Source: Nitrospirota bacterium (GTDB lineage Bacteria; Nitrospirota; Thermodesulfovibrionia; Thermodesulfovibrionales; UBA9159). From it: 64,000 bases of DNA. Location of the stretch: assembly GCA_963699545.1 (NCBI GenBank), contig CAVOUE010000012.1, forward strand, positions 97,140 through 161,139, written 5' to 3'. The translations under genes were made by a program, and so were the position numbers. Within the stretch, counting starts at the first letter, position 1. Every line of letters starts with the position of its first letter. Positions 31,128 to 41,394 of this stretch are shown here, in pieces. The notes beneath the pieces are model-generated. The model saw nothing but the letters and a program-made list of their open reading frames with translations. It did no database searches and was not told where the DNA came from.

Positions 31128-31562
31128 TCACCTCCTCTTTTCAGCATTACGATGAATGTTGTCCTTCGGTTTCCTCATTATAGGAGTCCGTTTGATCTGC
31201 CTCTCCACTTTCCACATTTTTTTGACGACAGGTTCGGGCTTTCCGTTTTTATTCGGTTTTTTATCATTTAATTGAGAAAGATCAGCGAGAATGTCCAGAA
31301 GCGAAGGGTCAGACAGACTGTAATAGATAAAAGGACCCTTCCTTTCCGTCCGCACGATGTCGGCCTCGCGCATGATCCTCAGGTGAAAAGAGACCAGGGT
31401 TTGAGAGAGGCCGGTTGTCCTCACAAGCTCCGTTACCGACCGGGATTCCTTACCGACGGACATAACCATGTCCAAACGGTTCCTATCCCCAAGAGCCTTG
31501 ATGAAGCGGGCAAGTGTATCCATGTCGTTGATATTCCAGCCGTTTACCATATCAAAATCCAT
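31128..31562 (-). CDS. ArsR/SmtB-family regulator heading the selenoprotein operon
   Basis: KALGDRNRL, SQTLVSFHL and RKGPFIYYSL. Confidence 0.9.
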   Translation of the reverse strand: MDFDMVNGWNINDMDTLARFIKALGDRNRLDMVMSVGKESRSVTELVRTTGLSQTLVSFHLRIMREADIVRTERKGPFIYYSLSDPSLLDILADLSQLNDKKPNKNGKPEPVVKKMWKVERQIKRTPIMRKPKDNIHRNAEKRR

Positions 31563-31565
31563 TCA

Positions 31566-31612
31566 TATGAGTAGATACTCATAGTGTATAAGAAGAAATT
31601 CATGATTGTCAA
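31566..31612 (-). promoter_or_regulatory. Promoter with an ArsR-type inverted-repeat operator
   Basis: TTGACA-18nt-TACACT, then the perfect palindrome TATGAGTA-TC-TACTCATA (31566-31583). Confidence 0.75.
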
Positions 31613-31833
31613 GCGGGAAAAATTATCTTCTCTACGGTCTTCGGGTATCCTCTCTCAGAGGAAATTGAACCTGTTTCGGTAATGCTCGCTCTCGTCGATG
31701 ATCCCTTTGTTGTAGTGCTCCTGCCAGTTTCACCGTTCGGTGTCAAGGGAGAGTAAGGAACAGCTTCTCCGACCCTCAAGGGAGATATTTACAGAAAGAA
31801 TTATCAATCCTGGAGCAATGATTTCTTATTACG

Positions 31834-33097
31834 TTAGAATTCATACCTCACTTGAAGATAAATATTGTCGTTCTTATCGAGCTGCCCGAACTGGCTCCCC
31901 TGGTTGCCGCCCCCGAAGATGTTTGCCCCAATGGCTGACCAGACGTGGTCTGAAAAGTTATATTTGATTTCAGGATTGAGCATATAGTCCCCAGCGGAAG
32001 GGCTGTAAAAAGCGAAGAAGGACAGCCTCAGTGTCTGATGCATCAGGAATTGAGTCAGTCGAACGGTGGTAAGTTGGTAAAGCTGGCTTTCCTGCGGAAA
32101 CCCTTGAGGAAGATTTTTTGTATAATTTGAATGGTTGTGCATGTACTCTCCGTAATATTGGACGCCTACAGTAAAATCTTCCCATATCTGCCTCTGGTAG
32201 CCGATGAGGAACCTTGTCTGGGAATTCGGGATCATGGGGTTTGTACCGCTTCTGTCTTCCCTTGAATCATAATATCCCGCTTCAAGACTCAGGACACCAT
32301 CCAGCGCTCGCCCCTGAAGGCTCGCGCCGTATTCCGACAGCGTCGGGATAAAAGAGTGTCAGTTTGGTCGGCATCGTTGCATTGTCGGGCATCATCGAAG
32401 GTTGCCTGAAGAATCCGCGATACGCATAGAACGATACGTCAAAGCCTGCTATGTCACGGTAGGCCCTGAGAGCAATCTCTGTATTTCCCAGGGTTACCGG
32501 CGGTTTCACCTTTTCTCTATCCGTGACACCTGGCATAGGGTCAAACATCCAGAACCTGTTCGGGGAAGGGAAAGTATTAGGTGTAAAAAAGGGGATTGCA
32601 ATCACCTCGAAAGACGCAAAGCCCGGATAAATACCAATCTTCGCTCCGTCTATTCCCTTCTTTAGATATTCCAGCGGCCTGCCTGAAAAGAAAGCTTCAT
32701 AGTCTTTTGGAAACACGTCGTTGATAAATATGAGGTCTCCCACGCCCCAGGTTATGACCTGTCTTCCGACCCGTCCGTCCCATTTCGAGGAAGTGAAATC
32801 AAGATATCCTTCCCTCAATTCAGATTTTGGTTTCTCATCGATGTGATCATAGAACCCGTCCGCCTTAATAAAAATACGGAAAGGGTCTTTGGATGCGTCA
32901 AGCTTTAGTTGAAGCCTTTCCTCCGCCAGTTTGAAATCTGCCCCGTCCGGATTGGAAGACGCCGCGTCCGCAGAATAGTTGCCCTGCAAAAAACCGTGCA
33001 GGGAAATATCCGATGCGGCAGCGTTCGATGAAGACAGTATGCAGGCGGCAAATAAAAAGAGTCCCGCCGGAAACGGGCTACATTTAAGATTGCGCAT
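31834..33097 (-). CDS. Outer-membrane beta-barrel protein (DUF1302-like), frameshift near 32335
   Basis: Signal peptide, LREGYLD, GRQVITWG, C-terminal YLQVRYEF. Confidence 0.75.
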
Positions 33098-33191
33098 CTG
33101 CCGTACGACCCTGGAGGCATGCTCACTCGATCCATTTTTTCGGAGGCTGTTTGAGATACCTTTCAGAAAAGAGATGGTCATCAATTCTAAT

Positions 33192-33359
33192 TTACACTTG
33201 ACCGCTTCCCTTACATCTGGAACAGAGATTCTTGCCATGTCCTTCACTTTCGAGTTTCGAACACCAAACACACTTTTGGCCAAACCTGTTCTTTCCTGTA
33301 CCGCTGCAATGCGGGCAACGTCCGGTACCGCCACAGTCAGGGCACTTTTTTTTCTCCAT
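33192..33359 (-). CDS. Small DnaJ-type Cys-rich zinc-finger protein (55 aa)
   Basis: GGAGGT SD; CPDCGGTG, CPHCSGTG, CVWC, CSRCKGSG; below the ORF-track cutoff. Confidence 0.75.
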   Translation of the reverse strand: MEKKKCPDCGGTGRCPHCSGTGKNRFGQKCVWCSKLESEGHGKNLCSRCKGSGQV

Positions 33360-33397
33360 GCTTATTACCTCCAGTTGATATTGCTGGCTAAGATTCC

Positions 33398-34198
33398 CTA
33401 CTCAATCCACTTCTTCGGCGGCTGCTTCAGAAATCTCTCAGAAAAGAGGCTGTCCTCGATCCCGATATTGTAGTCCGTCTTGAGATATGTCACCTGTGTC
33501 GAGTGACCGCTTTGGAGGTTCTTCATTGACCTCTTCGTGACTGTCGGGAACCCCTTTACATTCTTGATCTCATCGGCCGTGAACACCTTATAGAGCTCCC
33601 CCCTCTTGTCATAGTACTCCTCCTTGAGCGGGAGAAAGTCCGATTTATCTATCCATGATAGTTTGTAGCTGTATTCCATGTCAGCCGCTTTTGGAGTACT
33701 CTTTACCACATAGCAGTCCTTGCCGCCGTACTTTTCTTCCTTTACGATACTGTGGGTGTCGTCTTCGAGGTTCCTTCCTGATACGTCCTCATAGGTAAAG
33801 TCCGAGCCGACAAAGCTTGAATACTTGTCCTTTGCCGCGATCCTTCTTACCATGTTGATCGCAGGGACAAAGAGCCAGCGGTCAGCGTCTTTTCCTGGAT
33901 ACTTGTAGACCATGAATGTCATGTCCTTCACATCGGCAGGCTGAAAGAAGTACATGAAATATTTCTGCTCGCCGCCTGGCTCACCGAAGTTTTTCCTCAA
34001 CATCGTCATTTCGCGTACCCTTTCCTGACCGCCCTTGCTGATGAGCTTCATCATCACCCGCGCCTTGAAGTCCTTTCCCTGATAGAGAAAGGCGGCCTGT
34101 GATTTCTTCATGATCTCATCAGGAGTGACAGCAAATGAGCTGCTGCATAAGGCTACAGAGACGGCTATTGCTGCAGCAATTATCAATAACCTTTTCAT
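33398..34198 (-). CDS. Outer-membrane lipoprotein-sorting (LolA-like) protein
   Basis: AGGAG SD, signal peptide, PADVK, WLFVPA...VRRI and FVGSDFTYED. Confidence 0.85.
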   Translation of the reverse strand: MKRLLIIAAAIAVSVALCSSSFAVTPDEIMKKSQAAFLYQGKDFKARVMMKLISKGGQERVREMTMLRKNFGEPGGEQKYFMYFFQPADVKDMTFMVYKYPGKDADRWLFVPAINMVRRIAAKDKYSSFVGSDFTYEDVSGRNLEDDTHSIVKEEKYGGKDCYVVKSTPKAADMEYSYKLSWIDKSDFLPLKEEYYDKRGELYKVFTADEIKNVKGFPTVTKRSMKNLQSGHSTQVTYLKTDYNIGIEDSLFSERFLKQPPKKWIE

Positions 34199-36511
34199 AT
34201 TTATTTCTCCTTTAAACAGCCAGCCCTGCATGAGAGTTACAAGGGCGGGCAGGTAAATTATTGTCATAACTGCGCTCAGAAGCATCATGCTGACGATAAA
34301 AGCCCCAACTGTTATATATGGCGTAAGCGGCGCAAACATCATCACGGCGAAGGATGCGGCAAAGAGAATCGCATTGCGCATTATTCCTTTGCCCGGCCGC
34401 GCAGCAGTCCAGAGCAAGGCATCTGATAACGATTCACCTGCGGCCGGTTTCTTTCAGCCGCTGCCGCAACCTGCTCACAAAGTGGATCGCAAAGTCAACC
34501 GCCATGCCGAGGGAGAGAGTGGAAAGCACTGATATCGGCATATCGAAGTCCTTTCCGATGAAACCGACAACGCCATAAATAAGAAGAATCGTAAACAGCA
34601 GAGGAGTGTAACCGACAATCGCCCATTTACGGAGCGGAAGTCGAAGGCGAGTATCGCGAAAACGGCGATCAGCGCAAGGACAAAGCCCTTTACCATGTCC
34701 CACAAGACTTCATGGTTCCACACAAGGTTGAAATATGCGATGCCGGAAGGCTTCATTTCCATGGGCGTGGGATTGGTCTTCTTGTAGTCGTCCACCGCGT
34801 CTAATGACATCTTTCATCGCCTGCGCATCCCATGTCTTCAACTGCACCCAGATGTTGGCCCTCCTGAAAGGATAGTCGACAACATTGTCCAGGTCAGAGG
34901 GCTTTGCGGACATGGAGAACAGGAAGAGGTACTGGCCTATCATCTCCTTGTGTCTCCGGCACAACGTCGTATTTCGGGTCGTCGTCATGGAGCACGCGGT
35001 TTATCCTCTTTACGTAATCCACAACGGAGGTCGTCTTGCCTACGACCGGCAGCTTTTCAAGCCGCCTCTGAAGTCCTTCGATATACCGCATTGCTTCAGG
35101 TGTCTTAATGTAGTCGTCGTCCTTTGCAATCGCCACGACGTAACCGAGGGATGTCCCGCCCAGGGCCTTGTTCATCACTGAATCCGCAACACGGACATCG
35201 CTGCCTTTCTTGAACCATTCCACGAGATTGTTGTTCACGGTTATTCTTGTCAAACCGATGACGGCGATTACAAAAAGAATAAGGCCGACTATTACGGTAT
35301 TCTTCGGATGGTGCACCCCGAACCCGGCGAGTTTTTTCAGGAACTGAGACGTCTTGCCCATGCCGAAGTGTCTTCCGACCCGGCGATCTTTTCTATCTTC
35401 TCTTCCTTTCACGAAGGTGAACATTGCCGGGATAAAGCTGAAGCTCAGGATTCTCAGCGAGATCGTCCCGAAGGCCACAAGCCCTCCGAAGACCTTAACA
35501 GGGATGATGTTCATGAAAAGAAGCACGGCAAAGCCGGCCGCCGTTGCCAGTGCGGTGTTGCGCACCGGGCGGCTCACGGCATGCATCGTCTCGATGATCG
35601 CCTTTTTCTTGTCCTTTGTCTCCCGGTACCGGAAATAGAACTCATTGAAGATATGCATGCTGTCCGTTGCAATTGCCATAAGAAATACAGGCGCCATGGA
35701 ACTCATGATGTGAATGGGAAAGCCCAGACCCGATGAGCAGCCCCATGCTCCAGACGATGCTGATCATGGCGTCCATCATGAGCGTGATCGAGAGAAAGAG
35801 GTCCTTGAACATGAGATATCTGACAAACAGCATGATCATGCCCGCTATTGGAGCAAAGACAGCCATGAGCTTGAACATCTCCGCGCCGAACGTGTCCCGT
35901 GGCAACAGGATCGCCGGCTATGTAATACTTCTCGTCTCCCTTTTCTTTCTTGACGATCTCGCGTATCCTGTCCGCAATCTCCTTGCCGTTCGACCCTTTT
36001 TCAAGGGGCACGTAGATTGCTGTCGTCTTTCCGTCTTTTGAAATAATACGGTTGATGAAAAGGGGATTCTCGTACAAGCATCTTGCGGAGATATTCAATC
36101 CCTTTCTGATCTTCGGGGACATCTGTCATTAACGGGGCAACCCTCGAGCGTCCCATTATCGACAGTGACATTGTCGATGGTGGTAAAGCTTGACACATCC
36201 CGTGCGGCAACGCCTTTGATCTTCAGGACTTCATCAGTTATTCTTTGTATCTTCTCCAGGGTGTCAGTATTCAGAATGCCCTTTTCGTTGACGATCCCAA
36301 GGGCGATCATGTCCTCGTAAAGACTGAAGGTCTTTTCCACCTCGTCATTCCAGACCCTGACATCGGACGTTGCGGGCAGCATGTTCTTAGGGTTGGTGTC
36401 AGTCCTCATCTTCGGGAACTGGGTCATAAAGAGCAGGGTGAGGATTACGGACAGAAGAACGATTAATTTGGGATGCTCTACAGAAAACTCAACAAGGGAA
36501 AATGTTCGCAT
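34199..36511 (-). CDS. MMPL/RND-family transporter, several frameshifts
   Basis: Two TM clusters and large periplasmic loops; AIATDSMHI and LGMAVDFAIHF. Confidence 0.85.
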
Positions 36512-36685
36512 TTATACCTCCGTTAATGCACGCATAATGATTCTTCCCTATATGAGACGTACAAATTGTTTAAACGTAACCCTGGCTGTCTCAGCAGCGG
36601 CGTTTACTTTTCTCTCCCGGTATCTCAGGCCCTTCGATGCAAGAGGAAGTCCCGTAATTTCTGCCTGAGACATCAATAGCCTTTT

Positions 36686-37873
36686 TCATGGTAACCCGCT
36701 GAGGCCGTGTTTCATCTTCCAGAGAAAGTACCTTTCAAATACGATCTTCCCCCATCTAAACCAGATGCCTTCTTTAAACACCGATTTCTGCCTTGGCGGG
36801 AGCACCGGACTTGCCTTCATGTACGCAGCGGTATTGCCCATATCCATAAGACAAAGGACGTCAATGGGGATATCTTCAGGGGGCCTGCTTCCCGTACTAT
36901 CTGCAACAATTGCCGATGAAGCGGTTTTTGCCATCCTTACGGTCATATACCCTGTCTTAGGAACGCCCGTGGGAACGGGCGTCTGTTCAGGAGGGGCGAT
37001 CGCTACCGCAACCCCAACAGCAAAGATATTCTTATATTTTACATGCCGGTATTTCCCATCGACAGGAATGAACCCTCTTGGGTTTCCGAGGTGTGCAACC
37101 GCGGGAACCCCTTTCATGGCAGGGGCAAACATCCCAAGCTTGAAGGGGATCTTTGTGCCGTCCTTCAACCGCACCTCATCAGGCACTATCTCTTCGACAG
37201 CAGTGTTGACGATGATTTTGATATCCCGCCTTGCGAACTCATCCTCCATCATCCGTTTGGAATCCCTTAATCCACCGATACCGAAATGGCCTATGTATGG
37301 CTCCGAGGTTACAAAGACCATGGGCACCTTATGGCGGATTTTCCTTCTGCGGAGTTCCGTGTCTATTTCGAAGGCATACTCATAGGGCGGACCGAAACAG
37401 CTCACTCCCTGGACAGAGCCGGTAACAAGGGGACCGGGATTCTCAAGGAACGTATTCCATGCCTTATTCGCCCTCTCCGCCTGGTCAAGGGTGAAGATGC
37501 ACTCAGTGTTCCCCTTCTCCGGCCCGAGGCCAGGAACTTCTTCAAAGGCAAGATAAGGTCCGGTGGCTATAACGAGATAGTCATAAGGGATATCCCTTGT
37601 TTCCGTTAAGACCTTAGACGCTTCGGCATCCACCCCTTTCGCTTTTTCGTGGACAAACGTTATGCCTTTCCTTTCCAGGATCGGCTTTAACGGGAGGGTA
37701 ATATCTCCGGCCTTCCTGCTCCCCATGGCAACCCACGGCAGGGAAGGGACAAAAACAAATTTATCATCGTCGCAAACGACGGTCACCTCCGCTTTTTTCC
37801 CGAGGAGTCTTTTCAGTTCAAACGCTGCAGTGAGTCCCCCGAAAGAACCACCCAAGACAACAATCCTCGCCAT
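36686..37873 (-). CDS. sqr: Sulfide:quinone oxidoreductase-like flavoprotein
   Basis: GGSFGG Rossmann fold, ECIFT, SCFGPPYE, GVPKTGYM and LCLMDMG. Confidence 0.85.
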   Translation of the reverse strand: MARIVVLGGSFGGLTAAFELKRLLGKKAEVTVVCDDDKFVFVPSLPWVAMGSRKAGDITLPLKPILERKGITFVHEKAKGVDAEASKVLTETRDIPYDYLVIATGPYLAFEEVPGLGPEKGNTECIFTLDQAERANKAWNTFLENPGPLVTGSVQGVSCFGPPYEYAFEIDTELRRRKIRHKVPMVFVTSEPYIGHFGIGGLRDSKRMMEDEFARRDIKIIVNTAVEEIVPDEVRLKDGTKIPFKLGMFAPAMKGVPAVAHLGNPRGFIPVDGKYRHVKYKNIFAVGVAVAIAPPEQTPVPTGVPKTGYMTVRMAKTASSAIVADSTGSRPPEDIPIDVLCLMDMGNTAAYMKASPVLPPRQKSVFKEGIWFRWGKIVFERYFLWKMKHGLSGLP

Positions 37874-37896
37874 CGCTACCTCCTTTAAGAGCCCTG

Positions 37897-37973
37897 GGCT
37901 ATTAGCTGTCAGCCTTCAGCTGGAATTTCATTATTCTGTCTTGCTGAGCGCTGACGGCTGATACCTGAAAGCC
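37897..37973. repeat. Inverted heptamer-repeat hairpin (GCTGANN-type units)
   Basis: GCTATTA GCTGTCA GCCTTCA GC ... GCTGAGC GCTGACG GCTGATA CCTGAAA GCC. Confidence 0.6.
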
Positions 37974-37977
37974 ATTC

Positions 37978-38259
37978 TTAAAACATTCCGACCACTTTGT
38001 CCTCATCGGCCATCAGGTCAACAAGGCTTCCATAGTCCACCAATTTTATACCTTTCTCGATCTCATCGCCCTTCAATCCCCTAAGCCTCACGTCGTCATC
38101 CAGAACGTACGCAGTGCCGCAAAAACCTTCAAGCCTCTCCTTCTGCGCAAAAGAGATACCGTTCTGAAGAAGCACAATGTCGGCCGCTATATCCCTTGCC
38201 AATTTTATGCCCCTTTTCCCATCCGCCGTGTCAGGCGCGCTCTTCACTACTATAAGCAT
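37978..38259 (-). CDS. DsrH/TusB-family sulfur-relay protein
   Basis: IVLLQNG, VLDDDVRLRG and VDYGSLVDL. Confidence 0.82.
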   Translation of the reverse strand: MLIVVKSAPDTADGKRGIKLARDIAADIVLLQNGISFAQKERLEGFCGTAYVLDDDVRLRGLKGDEIEKGIKLVDYGSLVDLMADEDKVVGMF

Positions 38260-38270
38260 ATAAACCTCCC

Positions 38271-38624
38271 TCAAAAAATCATCGTTGTCCTGGCTTCCTG
38301 CATCAATTCCGCTATCTCTGCGGCGCCCGCCAGTTTCACCCCATCCACAATATCCGCAGACTCAAGGTGTTGTTCCCTCACTGATGCCTTGTCTGCATAC
38401 ACCCCCACACCCATGTCCATGCAGTCCTTCAAAGCGCCTTCAAGATTCGTGAAGCCCGTACCTGTGTCGTCCTGCCCTTTCTTGGCAAGGAGAACGCCGC
38501 TGTCCACCAGGATCAAATCAACGGCAAGTTCATCTGCCGCGCCGCCCATGGCATGCCTGACTGCCTCCGCTGCGTTTATGTCACCGTAGGGCGCCTTTCG
38601 CAAGATCATCGCAATTTTCCCCAT
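38271..38624 (-). CDS. DsrE/DsrF-family protein (DsrF/TusC-like, no active Cys)
   Basis: LRKAPYG, DSGVLLA and VYADKASV. Confidence 0.82.
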   Translation of the reverse strand: MGKIAMILRKAPYGDINAAEAVRHAMGGAADELAVDLILVDSGVLLAKKGQDDTGTGFTNLEGALKDCMDMGVGVYADKASVREQHLESADIVDGVKLAGAAEIAELMQEARTTMIF

Positions 38625-38635
38625 GTTCTTCTCCT

Positions 38636-38992
38636 CTACGCTCCGATATTCAGCCAGATATCCGTTTCTCCCATGGTTTTAAACAGACCCTTGAGAGAGC
38701 CCACCTCTGCACCATCCAGATAGTCATCCTTCGCCGCACGGCGAAAGTTCAGGCATCCGCCTCAAAGGTAGACCTTCAATCCCTTCTGTATGAGTCTGGA
38801 GAATTCCTCTTCTGCGTTTGTAATCCCCTTTGCCTTCTGCTTTTTGAGGAAGCAGTACACCCCGTCCGCAGACGCGATGAGATTCACTGTATGCCCTTTG
38901 TCCAATGCAGCTTCAGCGGTCTTTACCGCTGTCAGAGTGTTTTCATAGGAATAGGGTGACGTAGACAGCAATAAGGTAAATGTTTTGGCCAT
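38636..38992 (-). CDS. DsrE/TusD-like selenoprotein (UxxC), 118 aa
   Basis: STSPYS...ADGV...KVYL-UGA(38762-64)-GGCLNFR...GSLKGL; SECIS-like hairpin 38728-38747. Confidence 0.88.
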
Positions 38993-39374
38993 GTTCCCTC
39001 CTTTCTTCTTCGGGATGAAACGGTTGATACCCTAATGTTCTCCTTTCTCCCGGATAGATGCCTTTTTTTGTTACGGGACAGCAGGCCGGGGCCGGCAATG
39101 TTCCCTGATAATTTTTTCGGATTATCTCAAGGATATCAGGGATTATGGGATCAACGAGGAAATAGCATTTGAGTCGTCCGTCAACGTACGAATCAATAAG
39201 GCCACGTGTTCTAAGCAGTGACAGATGCTGGGATACGTTGGGCTGGCTTATCTCAAGGAACTCCTCAAGATCGCTCACGCATTTGACACCCTTGAGAAGT
39301 TCTTCAAGTATCTTTATCCTGACAGGGTGGGCGATCGTTCTCAAAAGCTCAATCTTCTCTCCCATAAAAGGCAC
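38943..39374 (-). CDS. ArsR/SmtB-family regulator with a C-terminal CC motif (true stop may be near 39031)
   Basis: IAHPVRIKIL, KCVSDL, SQPNVSQHL and PACCP. Confidence 0.88.
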   Translation of the reverse strand: MPFMGEKIELLRTIAHPVRIKILEELLKGVKCVSDLEEFLEISQPNVSQHLSLLRTRGLIDSYVDGRLKCYFLVDPIIPDILEIIRKNYQGTLPAPACCPVTKKGIYPGERRTLGYQPFHPEEERREHGQNIYLIAVYVTLFL

Positions 39375-39392
39375 TTCATTTCCTCCCTTAGA

Positions 39393-39437
39393 ATATGCTC
39401 GTATTCATATATAATAATCTTTGCATGTTTTTGTCAA
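39393..39437 (-). promoter_or_regulatory. Promoter with an imperfect ArsR-type palindrome
   Basis: TTGACA and TATTAT-like boxes, then ATATGAATACGAGCATAT. Confidence 0.55.
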
Positions 39438-39445
39438 GAAAAAAA

Positions 39446-39778
39446 TCAGTGTTTGGATTCTATCTCTGCCAGTTTTCCTTTCTCCTTCATCTGCTCCACA
39501 AGGACTTCCTTCATGAGGATACATGCCTCTATCACCTTCATGTTCGAGACGCTGTAATACATATTGATCCCTTTCCTCCGGGATTTGAGGATCCCCTTGT
39601 GCCTCATCACCGCCAGATGCTGGGACACATTTGCCTTCGGGACACCAAGGATACTCACCAGTTCGCTAACGGTCTTTTCCCCGTCCTTCAGGGCGTTCAG
39701 GATCTCAATCCTCTTGGGGCTCGCCAGGGTTTTGCAGACTTCGGACTGGAGTTCATAAAGTGTCTTATCCTTCCGCAT
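39446..39778 (-). CDS. ArsR/SmtB-family regulator
   Basis: CKTLASPKRIEIL, ANVSQHL and RKGINMYY. Confidence 0.9.
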   Translation of the reverse strand: MRKDKTLYELQSEVCKTLASPKRIEILNALKDGEKTVSELVSILGVPKANVSQHLAVMRHKGILKSRRKGINMYYSVSNMKVIEACILMKEVLVEQMKEKGKLAEIESKH

Positions 39779-40044
39779 GCGCTTATTCTATTTAATCGGT
39801 ATTCCAAAGGTCAAGCCTTTTCCCGCTATGACTCCCGAACACCGGATCCCGCGCTCGCATATCATAGAGGGAAAGAATCATGCGGAGCGTTTCACCTTTG
39901 CGGGAAGGGCACCTTCATAGCGAACGCCGAAAGAGGTTGTCCGCCGTCACAAGGAGCACCTGCGGAAAGTCTGGACGCTGTGCAGTGACGATCTCTTTCC
40001 GTCCCGTCTTTACATTTCTGCGTCCTTTGCTGTATCTTTTTAGC

Positions 40045-40702
40045 ATGATCGACCTGCATACACATACCATCTTCAGTGACGGTGAACTGCTTCCCTTCGA
40101 ACTGGTGAGAAGGGCGATTGCTGTGGGGTACAGCGCTATGGCGATCACCGATCACGCGGACACTTCCAATGTGGACTTTGTGGTTCCCCGGATCGTCAAA
40201 GCGATCAGGAAACTGAAGGAATACATTTCCCTTGAAGTGATTCCCGGCGTGGAGATAACCCATGCTCCGCCGAAGCTCATCCCCGACCTCGTGAAAGAGG
40301 CGCGGACCCTTGGAGCAAAGATCGTTCTGGTGCATGGAGAGACCATCGTGGAACCCGTTGCCGAAGGAACGAACAGGGCTGCCATTGAGGCGGGAGCCGA
40401 CATCCTGACCCACCCGGGGATCATCTCCATGGAGGATATCCTTTTCGCCAAGGATAAGGGCGTCGTTCTCGAGATTACTTCACGGAAGGGTCACTCCCTC
40501 GCCAACGGCTATGTGGCAAAAGAAGCGATCAAATTCGGTCTGTCCTTGTCAATGAATACCGACGCTCACGCCCCGGGAGACCTCATCACCAGGGAGAACC
40601 GCAAAAAAAATACTCATTGCAGCAGGTGTTGACGAAAAACGGATCGAATCGGTCTTCGAAAACTCGCGATTACTCGTTGAAAAAGCACTCAGGAGGGATT
40701 GA
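40045..40702 (+). CDS. PHP-domain protein (histidinol-phosphatase-like), frameshift near 40600
   Basis: DLHTHTIFSDG, ITDH, GVEITH and NTDAH. Confidence 0.88.
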
Positions 40703-41394
40703 TGCCAAAGGTCATCAAGAAGAAAACCGCAAAACCGACGAAAGCTGAGGAAGGCGTTAAGAACGTTCTTCACGATACAAAGGAATTCATACACGAAAAA
40801 CAGAAGATACTTTTCCCTGCCGTCATTACCCTGGTCGTCGTCGCGTTGGCAGTAGCAGGATTTCTCATCTACCGTTCCAATGCCAGAAATCAGGCTGCAG
40901 TCCTGGAGTATGAAGGCTACAAAATATACTATGGACTTTATGAGAAGCAGCCCTTTCGGACAGGAGAGCGCTACCAAAGGGCGCTCGAAAAGTTCAGAAA
41001 GGCCTACGATACGCACAAATCGCCTTTCTCCCTTTTCTATATCGCCGGTTGCTATTATGACCTGGGGAAGTTCGACGATGCACTGAAGACGCTGAAGGAG
41101 CTGAACGAACGGTTTCCGGATGACGAGAGATTTGTCCCCCTCTCCTATTACAAGATGGCGGTGATCACCCTCAGGAAGGGCGACAGGGAAGGCTACCTGA
41201 AGCTTCTCGATGTTCTTTACAATTACAGGACAAGTTCGTTCAAGGACCTCGTCCTTGTTGAATCTGCACGGATGCTTGAGACCATGGGAAAGAACGAAGA
41301 CGCTGCGAAGAAATACGAAGAGCTTACAAAGAGCTTCCCGGAATCGCCATTTGCTGAAGAGGCGAAAGCGAAGCTTGGAGGGAAGAAAAGCTAG
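40702..41394 (+). CDS. Membrane-anchored TPR protein (YfgM-like)
   Basis: One TM helix followed by TPRs; FPESPFA. Confidence 0.78.
   Translation: MPKVIKKKTAKPTKAEEGVKNVLHDTKEFIHEKQKILFPAVITLVVVALAVAGFLIYRSNARNQAAVLEYEGYKIYYGLYEKQPFRTGERYQRALEKFRKAYDTHKSPFSLFYIAGCYYDLGKFDDALKTLKELNERFPDDERFVPLSYYKMAVITLRKGDREGYLKLLDVLYNYRTSSFKDLVLVESARMLETMGKNEDAAKKYEELTKSFPESPFAEEAKAKLGGKKS

Noticed and set aside
31653-31740. Short minus-strand protein-like fragment (NWQEHYNKGIIDESEHY)
   Set aside because: No start codon and no recognisable family.
33398-34417. Apparent MMPL-LolA fusion ORF
   Set aside because: A good SD and signal peptide start at 34198. The missing MMPL stop is most simply an indel in an A-rich tract.
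28225-38992. Alternative genetic code (UGA = Trp or Gly) as the explanation for in-frame UGA
   Set aside because: pdhB, trpE and sqr end at TGA at their expected lengths, and long housekeeping genes have no internal UGA.
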